NCBI GenBank assembly: GCA_964621005.1
Contig: CAZUIF010000014.1
Location: forward strand, 12,457 to 76,456
Length of the DNA: 64,000 nt
Source: an uncultured Rikenella sp.
GTDB lineage: Bacteria; Bacteroidota; Bacteroidia; Bacteroidales; VadinHA17
Reading direction: 5' to 3'
The position numbers and the translations under genes were made by a program. Below, piece by piece: positions 1-8,519 of this stretch (position 1 is the stretch's first letter; each line of letters begins with the position of its first letter). The notes beneath the pieces were generated by a model, which was not told where the DNA came from, ran no database searches, and worked only from the letters and a program-made list of their open reading frames with translations.

Positions 1-1
1 G

Positions 2-754
2 CTGTACAACCAGCTGGAACTGGTCAATGATTCACTGACCCGGGCGCGCAGCCGCCGCTGGCACAAGAGAATAAAGGGCTTCCGCGAACTTGCCTTCATG
101 GGTATCAGGGAAGGAAATGATGAGATGTACAAATCACTCAACTCCAGGAATGAGATTCTCAGGATGGAAGCACAGATAGCACTTGTCCGCCTCAGCGAAA
201 AGGATCACTTCGAGTTTCTCTCACACCTGAAGAGGCCATTCTCCCTGTGGGAACAGATTACCCTTCATGATCTGATACTTCAGCATGACATGCCGGTACC
301 CGATTTCCAGAGATGGCTCCCCTCGGAAAATCCTACAGTGGTGATGTTTGCCCTGAGGATGATCAGGGAGTTCAGGCAGATTGAGGCCGAGGCAGAAATG
401 AGAAAAGTGCTCCTTCACCGTGACCCGCGCGTAAGCAGGCTGGCGGTTGAGGTGGCCGGCGATCTCGGGATGAAGAGTACCCTGGAGACGATGAAAAGAA
501 TGTACAAGTTCCAGGAATACCAGAACTGTCTTGAGATTGTAAAATCAATGGGCAAGATGCCCGAAACAACCATGCTGGGCTTCCTTAAACTGGTGCTTGA
601 CAAGGAGGATGACGTACAGTTGCAGATAGAAGCCGTGAAGGCCATCGAGAACATGGGCGAGGTAGGGGTGCAGGCCCTCGTCAAGGTTATGAAATCAGAA
701 TACAAGAACTATAATATAATAGTCAGGCACGTGCTTGACCGCAGGATATACTGA
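2..754 (+). CDS. HEAT/ARM-repeat protein (5' end cut by window edge)
   Basis: The reading frame is open from nt 2 (LYNQLELVNDSL...), so the Met listed at 98 is internal. Repeated helical units (DPRVSRLAVEVAGDLG, DVQLQIEAVKAIENMG) are typical of HEAT repeats. The gene ends 5 nt before the GT2 gene. Confidence 0.6.
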   Translation: MYNQLELVNDSLTRARSRRWHKRIKGFRELAFMGIREGNDEMYKSLNSRNEILRMEAQIALVRLSEKDHFEFLSHLKRPFSLWEQITLHDLILQHDMPVPDFQRWLPSENPTVVMFALRMIREFRQIEAEAEMRKVLLHRDPRVSRLAVEVAGDLGMKSTLETMKRMYKFQEYQNCLEIVKSMGKMPETTMLGFLKLVLDKEDDVQLQIEAVKAIENMGEVGVQALVKVMKSEYKNYNIIVRHVLDRRIY

Positions 755-759
755 ATACC

Positions 760-2178
760 ATGGGATTCATATTTGCACATCTGATATTCTGGCTGACCCT
801 CTTTCTCTTCGGGTCATACCTGCTTCTCGGCATACACTCGGCCCTGGCTCTGAGAAAGTACCTGCGCAAAAACAGTTACGTCAACTACAACTCACTTGTC
901 CTCTCACCTCTCAGTCCGAGGATTACAATCATCGCTCCGGCATTCAACGAGGGAAAGACGATCATTGACAACGTACGTACCCTGCTCTCTCTCTACTACA
1001 ATAACTTCGAGGTTATCATCGTCAACGACGGCTCAACCGATGACACATTCACGAAGATACGTGATGCATATGAGCTTGTCAGGGTCAACTACTATTTTGA
1101 CTACCGCATTCCGTGCGAAAGGATCAGAGGCGTCTACCGCTCAAAGGATCCTGCATACAACAGGCTGACCGTAATTGATAAGAATAACGGGGGCAAGGCT
1201 GACTCACTCAACGCAGGGATCAACATAAGCCGGAGTAACCTTATTGTGACGATTGATGCCGACTCGATCATTGAACCCGATTCCATCCTGAAGCTCGTCA
1301 AGCCTTTCCTGGAAGAAAAGGAGAAGAAGGTTATCGGAACGGGCGGTGTCATCCGCATAGTCAATTCATGCGATATCGAGCGCGGCCACATCCGGCAGAT
1401 CAACCTGCCGAAGAAGTTCCTGCCCAGGTTGCAGGTGCTTGACTATACCCGTGCATTCCTCCTTGGCCGTATGGCTTGGAGCCATCTTGACGGACTGATG
1501 CTTATCTCAGGTGCCATGGGCATGTTTGACCGCGAGACCGTCATCAGGGCTGGCGGGTACAACGTCAAGACTGTGGGAGAGGATATGGAACTGGTGCTGA
1601 GGATGCGTCGCTATATGGCTGAACACAAGCAGAATTACGAGGTCACTTATATTCCTGACCCACTGTGCTGGACCGAGGTGCCATCAGACCTGAAGTCTAT
1701 GCGCAAGCAGAGGACAAGGTGGACAAGAGGTCTCATCGAGTCGCTCTGGTCACACCGCAAGATGATGCTTAACGTAAAGTACGGCAGGCTCGGGCTTCTT
1801 GGCTATCCCTACTGGCTTATGTTTGAATGGGCTGCACCCCTCATTGCTTTCCTCGGGATAATCTATTCGATATACCTCGCCGTCACCGGCGCGCTGAACT
1901 GGCCGTTCTTCCTGCTTCTGTTCCTGTTCGTGTACAGCTTTGCAGTCAGCCTCTCAACATGGGCTGTACTGTTTGAGGAGATAACATTCCACAAGTATCC
2001 CAGGAAGCGTGATGTGTTCCGGCTGATAGGTACGGCAATGCTTGAGCCGTTCTTTTACCCCGTGCACACTTACTTCGCCGTCAGGGGCAACCTCGAGTCT
2101 CTCCGGGGCAAGAAGGGCTGGGGCAAGGCTGAGAGAAGCGGATTCCAGAATAAGAAGAAGCCTTCAACAGCAAGCTGA
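760..2178 (+). CDS. Processive family-2 glycosyltransferase (PgaC/IcaA/NodC-like membrane polysaccharide synthase)
   Basis: N-terminal TM helix, motifs DGSTDDT, TIDADS, VGEDMEL and QRTRWTRG (QxxRW), and a cluster of C-terminal TM helices. Confidence 0.85.
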   Translation: MGFIFAHLIFWLTLFLFGSYLLLGIHSALALRKYLRKNSYVNYNSLVLSPLSPRITIIAPAFNEGKTIIDNVRTLLSLYYNNFEVIIVNDGSTDDTFTKIRDAYELVRVNYYFDYRIPCERIRGVYRSKDPAYNRLTVIDKNNGGKADSLNAGINISRSNLIVTIDADSIIEPDSILKLVKPFLEEKEKKVIGTGGVIRIVNSCDIERGHIRQINLPKKFLPRLQVLDYTRAFLLGRMAWSHLDGLMLISGAMGMFDRETVIRAGGYNVKTVGEDMELVLRMRRYMAEHKQNYEVTYIPDPLCWTEVPSDLKSMRKQRTRWTRGLIESLWSHRKMMLNVKYGRLGLLGYPYWLMFEWAAPLIAFLGIIYSIYLAVTGALNWPFFLLLFLFVYSFAVSLSTWAVLFEEITFHKYPRKRDVFRLIGTAMLEPFFYPVHTYFAVRGNLESLRGKKGWGKAERSGFQNKKKPSTAS

Positions 2179-2187
2179 TTGCTTAGC

Positions 2188-2291
2188 AGGCAGTAGCCAT
2201 TAACCATCAGGCAATAGTGTTGGCAATAAGCGGGCCCTATCTTCCTGCCATAGAGAATTTCACTATTGCCTATTGCCTATTGCCTACTGGT
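2188..2291. repeat. Inverted heptamer-repeat element between convergent gene ends
   Basis: Left arm: AGGCAGTAG (2188-2196), GGCAATAGTG (2210-2219), TGGCAATAAG (2221-2230). Right arm: CACTATTGCC-TATTGCC-TATTGCC-TACTGGT (2261-2291), which is the reverse-complement word set. Period 7, so not coding. Confidence 0.8.
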
Positions 2292-2315
2292 TCTGCCCAC
2301 TGTAGACTATCCCGA

Positions 2316-5033
2316 TTAATCCACAAAATCCGGAATTGCTGACAGCCCTGTCTCAATGACATGAAGTGATGCCTTTTCCCTTTCAACAGTCTGGGGCACG
2401 GTCAGCCACTTCGGCCAGCTGTACCTGGTGGTCGTGTTGGTGACAACCCCTTTGTGCCACACGGATACTGCGATCCCGTCAGACTGGGCAGTGATTATAT
2501 TGAAATTATATCCCCCGTCATAGGAGACGGCGCCGTCATTGACCGTCATCTGGGTAGGATCATAGAAATAAAGCATAGTCCATGGGAGCCTGACTGTTAT
2601 CTTCCTGCCGTTCCATGCCACGGCTGCCCTGTTACCGTCAGTGAATGAGGAAGCATGTTCGAGCGGCACCTTGCCAATATCCTGGTATGTCAGCTCGAAG
2701 CCGTCATTGATCCATCTCATTACCTTCCACGGAGCTCCGTCGGTGGTGGTGCTTTTAAACTGCTGCACCGGATCTGTAAGGTTGAAGCGGACTGTCAGCC
2801 CGTTCATGTCATATGCCTCCGTAACATGATGCAGAGCCGTGTCGTCCTCAAGGGTGAAGGTAAGCAGGAACTCGGCCCTGTTTCCTGTGACAGCACCGTT
2901 CGGTAATCTCGATTCTCCGGTGTTACCACGGTAGGTGTCAAATGCCACCATGAATTCATCGGTAGGTACCAGGTCTTCTGCCGTGTTGATTTCAAGGTAA
3001 AGAAACCCTTCGTCGTGATTGGCCCTTACAGAGCTCACAGGTCCTGAAGGCTGGTCTGTATTGTAAGGCACAAACCCTGTGCTGTTCTTCTGTTCGAAGG
3101 CCAGCAGGCCGAAGCATTGCTCAGGTGATGTTTCGTTGTGCCACAGCTGGCGCGTTGGGATGGTCTCACCGCCGGCGTCAACGCCGTAGGCTTCCTGGTA
3201 GAGCACTATCCATGTCCGCTTGAACCATTCGTCCATCCAGGCAAACATGAATCCGCCGGCACAACCTGCATCGAGCATGTTGTTCATCATCCTCATGTTC
3301 TTTTCTCCCTGCTGTTGCTCGGAATAGCCGCCGTGGTGCATGGAGCTGTACGATTGGTGCGCACTCCCCCAGCTTGAGGGGACCCCGAATTCTGCTATCA
3401 CAAGCGGCATGTCTGCGTAGTGGTTCTTCATTGCGGTAAGGTAACCGAGATAGCTGTTCGCCCCTTCGCTGTCACTGAATCCGAGGTACGATGGTTGCTG
3501 GCTGATGAAGTTGGGGTAGTATGGATAGGCGTGGTAGCTGGCAAAAAGTCCCGGTCCGCCGTTACGCACTATCCTGGTAATATCGAATGAGGCAACATCT
3601 TCGTCAGTGTAAATTTCAGTAGGATGCTCCAGCGGATCAAGAGTAGGCCAGCTTGAGAAGCTGACCGGCCTGCTGACAGAGTATTCGTTTTCCTCGAACA
3701 CAACAACCCTGTCGAGCATTTCTGTTACAAAAGCCTCCGAAGCGGTACCGCTGCTGATGCTGAAACGGGTTCCTGAATAGGAGGTGTTCCCCGGGTGAAA
3801 CTTATTTGTTGTATCTATCTCCTGGGGTGCCACCTCGCGGCCTATAATATACCCTGCCGTCCACTGTGATACGTCGGTCCTGTATATCCCGTATGACTTT
3901 CCGTACCTGAAGGCTATGTCGGCATTGCCGTGGATACAGTCGATAACTTCCGAAATTTCGGAACTGAATGCAGCCCTGCGCCTTACCAGGTCATAACTGA
4001 GCGGGTCGGTGCCGTCTTCCACCTCCTCAAGCCAGATTCCCTGGAAGAGCAGCAGGGGCCTTTCCGGGTGATGCTGGTTGTACTCGGCCAGCTTCTCATA
4101 GAAAACGGGCGGATGAAGAGTATAAACCCTTACTGTGTTGAACCCGGCCTCCCCCATGCGGTTTATCCACTTCTCGTAGGTTTCGGGAGTTATGGCGTAG
4201 GCGATCTCGCCGGGGAAGTACCCGGGAGGCGATGATCCGAGGTTTACCCCCTTGAGTATCATTTCCTTGTATCCGTCATCCATGTACCTGGCGATGTAAT
4301 TTCCTGCCACCGTAAACGGCATCGGGTTTTTCAGTGTCAGGACGAAGTCGATTACTGTATCTCGCTCAAGTGTGATGTTTGTGAGCCTCACGGGATAATA
4401 ATCCCGGGCTGTCACCTCCGCAGTCACAGGGAAGCGGAGTGCCGGTTCAGATAGTGGCACCTCGGGAGGGAGCATTACAGGTTCCAGGACACTGCCTGAG
4501 GTTCCTGAAGCTTCTCCGGTAGCCTTTACAAGCCGCCCGCTGTACGATCTGCCCTTGAAGGTGATGGCATAGATATACATCCCTGCGCTCATCGGTGCAT
4601 TATTCTGCCCGCAGCCATCCCAAACAGCATTGTAGCTTCCCGGCATGACATCAGGGAAAACCATCACCCTGATCTTTTCCCCGGCCATGTTGTAGATAGA
4701 AAGCATCAGGTCACCGGAAATGTTGATAATAAAAGGGATGTTTACCGTGTTGTCGAACGGGTTAGGGTAGGGGGTGCCGGCTTGAAATTCGCCGGCCACA
4801 TCACTGTATGAACCGGTAACCTTAACCGAATAGCGGCCGTCAGTTCCTGTTGAGACCCTGAACTCCCTGGAATTAAGAAAGAATGAGACTCTGGCGTTCA
4901 TTACAGGCCCCCCGTTGCGGTCTGAGACAGTTCCGGTAACTGTCACATCCCCGGCAAGAGCTCCGGGATGTATCAATAAAAAACACAATATGCTGATAAA
5001 CAAACGTATATGGTATAATGCCATCCCTGTCAT
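2316..5033 (-). CDS. Secreted multidomain protein: CarboxypepD_reg-like domain, T9SS-CTD/FlgD-Ig-like beta-sandwich and a clan GH-A-like TIM-barrel glycoside hydrolase/transglycosylase
   Basis: Signal peptide (MALYHIRLFISILCFLLIHPGALAG). GTVSDRNGGPVMNARVSF (carboxypeptidase-regulatory-like). PYPNPFDNTVNIPF...LSIYNMAGEKI...GMYIYAITF...GRLVKA (T9SS/FlgD-type sandwich). Putative acid/base IIGREVAP and nucleophile IAEFGVPSSWG. The GH family is not assignable by eye. Confidence 0.6.
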   Translation of the reverse strand: MTGMALYHIRLFISILCFLLIHPGALAGDVTVTGTVSDRNGGPVMNARVSFFLNSREFRVSTGTDGRYSVKVTGSYSDVAGEFQAGTPYPNPFDNTVNIPFIINISGDLMLSIYNMAGEKIRVMVFPDVMPGSYNAVWDGCGQNNAPMSAGMYIYAITFKGRSYSGRLVKATGEASGTSGSVLEPVMLPPEVPLSEPALRFPVTAEVTARDYYPVRLTNITLERDTVIDFVLTLKNPMPFTVAGNYIARYMDDGYKEMILKGVNLGSSPPGYFPGEIAYAITPETYEKWINRMGEAGFNTVRVYTLHPPVFYEKLAEYNQHHPERPLLLFQGIWLEEVEDGTDPLSYDLVRRRAAFSSEISEVIDCIHGNADIAFRYGKSYGIYRTDVSQWTAGYIIGREVAPQEIDTTNKFHPGNTSYSGTRFSISSGTASEAFVTEMLDRVVVFEENEYSVSRPVSFSSWPTLDPLEHPTEIYTDEDVASFDITRIVRNGGPGLFASYHAYPYYPNFISQQPSYLGFSDSEGANSYLGYLTAMKNHYADMPLVIAEFGVPSSWGSAHQSYSSMHHGGYSEQQQGEKNMRMMNNMLDAGCAGGFMFAWMDEWFKRTWIVLYQEAYGVDAGGETIPTRQLWHNETSPEQCFGLLAFEQKNSTGFVPYNTDQPSGPVSSVRANHDEGFLYLEINTAEDLVPTDEFMVAFDTYRGNTGESRLPNGAVTGNRAEFLLTFTLEDDTALHHVTEAYDMNGLTVRFNLTDPVQQFKSTTTDGAPWKVMRWINDGFELTYQDIGKVPLEHASSFTDGNRAAVAWNGRKITVRLPWTMLYFYDPTQMTVNDGAVSYDGGYNFNIITAQSDGIAVSVWHKGVVTNTTTRYSWPKWLTVPQTVEREKASLHVIETGLSAIPDFVD

Positions 5034-5182
5034 AATTCGGTATTCGCGTGTAGCATGTTGCTCTCTTCACCAAATGTAACATAAAGGAGTGTTATTTTCC
5101 CCGGAATTTTTCAACATGGTGGTAAGATTTGTCTATTTAGGAGGAAATCCATACATTTATGCTTTGCTGCTGATTCACGTTT

Positions 5183-5566
5183 ATGGAAAAAATAGAGATC
5201 AGGGAGACCTCCAAAACACCGTCGGTTAGTTTCGATCCCGCACAGGGTGTCTTTGAGATGCGAGGCAAGTCAATACCTGAGAACTCCAACAGCTTCTACA
5301 GTCCGCTTTTACAGTATGTTGAAAAATATGCAGGTAATCCTGCAGAGAGGACCTTGCTGAGTGTAAGGTTCGAATTCTTCAATACCAGTTCATCAAACAG
5401 GATCCATGCACTCTTCAAGCGTTTCGAGCGGATCTTCCTTGCGGACAGGGATGTCCTTATAAGATGGTATTGTGAATACGGAGATGAGAATATGCGGGAT
5501 GCCGGCAGGGACTTCAAGGCAATACTGCAATGTCCCTTTGAAATAATCGAGGTGGATGAGCTCTGA
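5183..5566 (+). CDS. DUF1987 / SiaC-family partner-switch protein
   Basis: 127 aa with TPSVSFDPAQGVFEMRGKSIPENSNSFYSPLL and FEFFNTSSS motifs, characteristic of DUF1987. Thr68 lies in the FNTSS motif. Confidence 0.75.
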   Translation: MEKIEIRETSKTPSVSFDPAQGVFEMRGKSIPENSNSFYSPLLQYVEKYAGNPAERTLLSVRFEFFNTSSSNRIHALFKRFERIFLADRDVLIRWYCEYGDENMRDAGRDFKAILQCPFEIIEVDEL

Positions 5567-5630
5567 ATCTTCAGTCTTCCCGGTGAGAAATGAAATTTTC
5601 CTTATTTTTAAGACCTGAGACTGTTACCGG

Positions 5631-6863
5631 ATGGCACTGAACTATATCTGGATCGCTTTTTTTCTCATTGGGTTCCTCTTCGCCCTGGGTCAGCTGATAT
5701 TTAACGGTGATACAACCGTATTCAACAGGATTGTTGAATCAACATTTTCAAGTGCAAAAACCGGATTTGAGATATCCCTCGGACTTACCGGTGTGCTGAC
5801 CCTGTGGATGGGCCTGATGAAGATTGGTGAAAAAGGCGGCGCTGTAGGGCTTCTGTCAAAGGCAATCGGACCTTTGTTCAGGAAGCTGTTTCCGCAGTTG
5901 CCTGCAAACAGCCCGGCACACGGTTCAATGATGCTCAACGTAGCCGCAAACATGCTTGGCCTTGACAATGCCGCTACTCCCATGGGGCTAAAGGCAATGA
6001 AGGAGCTGCAGGAACATAATCCTGACAAGGAGGTGGCCTCTGATCCCATGATCATGTTCCTTGTCCTGAATGCGTCAGGACTTGTGATCATTCCCGTGAC
6101 AATCATGGTTTACCGGGCCCAGCTCGGGGCTGCCAATCCCGCCGATGTATTTATTCCTATTCTGATTTCAACCTTTATAGCAACCCTGGCCGGGCTGATC
6201 AGCGTAGCTATCGCTCAGAAGATAAACCTTCTCAACAGGGTGGTGCTTGCCTATCTCGGCGGACTGACTGCCATCATTGCCGGTATTGTATGGTATTTCA
6301 GCACCCTGCCGCAGGACCAGATAAACACTATATCCACCTTCACGGCAAACTTCATCCTTCTCAGCATTATCGTCTCATTCATCGTAATGGCTATGATGAG
6401 AAAGGTGAATGTTTATGAGACTTTCATAGAAGGGGCAAAAGATGGGTTCAAGACTGCGATAACAATAATTCCCTACCTGGTTGCCATCCTTGTGGCCATC
6501 GGGGTATTCAGGGCATCCGGAGCCATGGACCTGCTGGTTGACGGCATAACCTCGGTGGTAGCATGGTTGGGGCTTGATACGGCATTCACCGAAGCGCTCC
6601 CCACTGCCTTCATGAAGCCGCTCAGCGGCAGCGGATCGAGGGGTATGATGATTGATGCAATGACAATCCACGGAGCTGACTCCTTTGTGGGGAGGCTGGC
6701 ATGCTGTCTCCAGGGATCCACCGATACCGTCTTTTACGTCCTGGCGGTATATTTTGGCTCCGTGGGCATTAAAAATTCCAGATATGCAGTCATCTGCGGT
6801 CTCATTGCCGATATAGTCGGGAGCATCTCTGCCATCTTCATTGCATACCTGTTTTTTGCCTGA
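5631..6863 (+). CDS. Nucleoside-recognition domain membrane protein (fused SpmA/SpmB-like)
   Basis: 410 aa, polytopic. N-terminus MALNYIWIAFFLIGF...GFEISLGLTGVLTLWMGLMKIGEKGG resembles SpmA, and the C-terminal half resembles SpmB. Confidence 0.7.
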   Translation: MALNYIWIAFFLIGFLFALGQLIFNGDTTVFNRIVESTFSSAKTGFEISLGLTGVLTLWMGLMKIGEKGGAVGLLSKAIGPLFRKLFPQLPANSPAHGSMMLNVAANMLGLDNAATPMGLKAMKELQEHNPDKEVASDPMIMFLVLNASGLVIIPVTIMVYRAQLGAANPADVFIPILISTFIATLAGLISVAIAQKINLLNRVVLAYLGGLTAIIAGIVWYFSTLPQDQINTISTFTANFILLSIIVSFIVMAMMRKVNVYETFIEGAKDGFKTAITIIPYLVAILVAIGVFRASGAMDLLVDGITSVVAWLGLDTAFTEALPTAFMKPLSGSGSRGMMIDAMTIHGADSFVGRLACCLQGSTDTVFYVLAVYFGSVGIKNSRYAVICGLIADIVGSISAIFIAYLFFA

Positions 6864-6965
6864 GATCCTTCTGTGACTGCGGCCCCTATGTCCTTCCCGG
6901 CCGCCTCTTTGCCTGACAAACAGCTTTTTTTACCTGTCCGAAGCATAAATTTCACTTCCAAATTG

Positions 6966-6973
6966 TATTTTTG
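6966..6973 (+). promoter_or_regulatory. Candidate Bacteroidota -7 promoter box (TAnnTTTG) upstream of yebC
   Basis: TATTTTTG lies 72 nt upstream of the ATG at 7045. Confidence 0.35.
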
Positions 6974-7044
6974 CCCCGCCTTACCCGGACCGATATGACG
7001 TATACCGGGCACCTTAACAGGAAACCAAACTTTATTTCACAGAA

Positions 7045-7755
7045 ATGGGACGCGCATTTGAATATCGCAGGGCATCCAAGGAAGCCAGATGGGATAAGAT
7101 GTCAAAACTCTTTCCGAAGCTCGCCAAGGCAATTACCATGGCAGCAAGGGAGGGAGGCACTGACCCGGAGATGAATCCACGGCTGCGTACGGCCATACTT
7201 AACGCCAAGGCGCAGAACATGCCAAAGGACAATATCAAGGCCGCGATCGAACGTGCTTCCGGGAAGGATACGGCGGAATATGCCGAGATAACATATGAGG
7301 GCAAAGGCCCCCACGGTGTCCTGATAATGGTGGAAGCCGCAACCGACAATAACACCCGGACGGTCGCAAACGTGAGGGCCTATTTCAGCAAGAACGGAGG
7401 GACGGTGGTCCCGACCGGTTCGCTTGAGTTCATGTTCTCCCGTAAGGCGGTGTTTGAGTTCGATACCCCTGAGAACATCACTAGGGACGACCTTGAGCTG
7501 GAACTGATCGAAGCCGGACTGGAATCACTTGAGGAATATGATGATACCTGGTACGTTTACAGCGACTGGGCCAATTTCGGGTCACTCTCAAAAGCATTGG
7601 AGGATAAGGAGATAGAGGTGAAGAAGGCCTCGCTGAAGCGTATCCCTCTCAATCCTGTCACCCTGACCGAGGATCAGCTTGCCGATGTAGAGAAACTCAT
7701 CGACCGCCTCGAGGATGATGATGACGTTCAGGCGGTTTATACCAACATCGCATAG
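7045..7755 (+). CDS. yebC: YebC/PmpR-family DNA-binding regulator
   Basis: [23 protein letters not shown]...[15 protein letters not shown] is the hallmark YebC N-terminus. 236 aa. Confidence 0.9.
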   Translation: MGRAFEYRRASKEARWDKMSKLFPKLAKAITMAAREGGTDPEMNPRLRTAILNAKAQNMPKDNIKAAIERASGKDTAEYAEITYEGKGPHGVLIMVEAATDNNTRTVANVRAYFSKNGGTVVPTGSLEFMFSRKAVFEFDTPENITRDDLELELIEAGLESLEEYDDTWYVYSDWANFGSLSKALEDKEIEVKKASLKRIPLNPVTLTEDQLADVEKLIDRLEDDDDVQAVYTNIA

Positions 7756-7803
7756 ATAGTTCCCGTTACTGTAGGGTCTTGCACTGTTGCAGATCTGAAA
7801 GGC

Positions 7804-8502
7804 CTACTGCTGCAGTCTCTTTCTCAGTTCACGGTATCCCGGAAGGATACGGCGCAGCAAATCGTAGTATTCCTTTCCGTGGTTGTGGTGCACCAGGTGG
7901 CACAGCTCGTGAATAATGACATAGTCTATCAGGTCGGGAGCTTTCTTCATCAGTTCACGGTTAAGCCAGATGGCACCGCCGGAATGGCATGTGCCCCAGC
8001 GCCTTTTCATCTTCCTTACACTGACCGCCCCCGGGGAAGGGAGCAAGGCTGAGTGTTCTGCTGCAAGCTTATGTGTCCGGCCGGGAAGGTAAGCCTTAGC
8101 CTCCCGGAGATACCATGAATCGGTCAGCAGGGCCAGCTCTTCAGGGGTGGCCTCGCCGCTCACCGTCAGCCTGAGTACTCCTTCTTCACGTGTTGCCTTT
8201 CTGGTTCTGCCCTGCACCACCTCAACCCTCAGGCAGAACCCCATGAATGGCACTGTACCGCCGTCACTGACGGCGACTGGCGAGCCGGGAGGGGTGATCT
8301 CCTTCAGCCTCCTTATCTGTCGTTCAATCCACTCTGATTTCTGACCTGCGAACTGCATCAGCAGCTTAAGGGGTACATACCACGGTGCCCTGATGAGCAG
8401 AGTGCCTCCGGGTTGCACATAAAGAGCCACCGTACGTCTTGATGATCTGATGATGCTGACTTCAACCTCCCCTGATGCCAGGGAGAGCGTTCTCCTACCC
8501 AT
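7804..8502 (-). CDS. YgjP-like (DUF45) metal-dependent hydrolase
   Basis: WGTCHSGGAIWLNRELMKKAP...IIHELCHLVHHNHG (HExxH motif). Confidence 0.8.
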   Translation of the reverse strand: MGRRTLSLASGEVEVSIIRSSRRTVALYVQPGGTLLIRAPWYVPLKLLMQFAGQKSEWIERQIRRLKEITPPGSPVAVSDGGTVPFMGFCLRVEVVQGRTRKATREEGVLRLTVSGEATPEELALLTDSWYLREAKAYLPGRTHKLAAEHSALLPSPGAVSVRKMKRRWGTCHSGGAIWLNRELMKKAPDLIDYVIIHELCHLVHHNHGKEYYDLLRRILPGYRELRKRLQQ

Positions 8503-8519
8503 GCCCGGAAACCGAAGCT

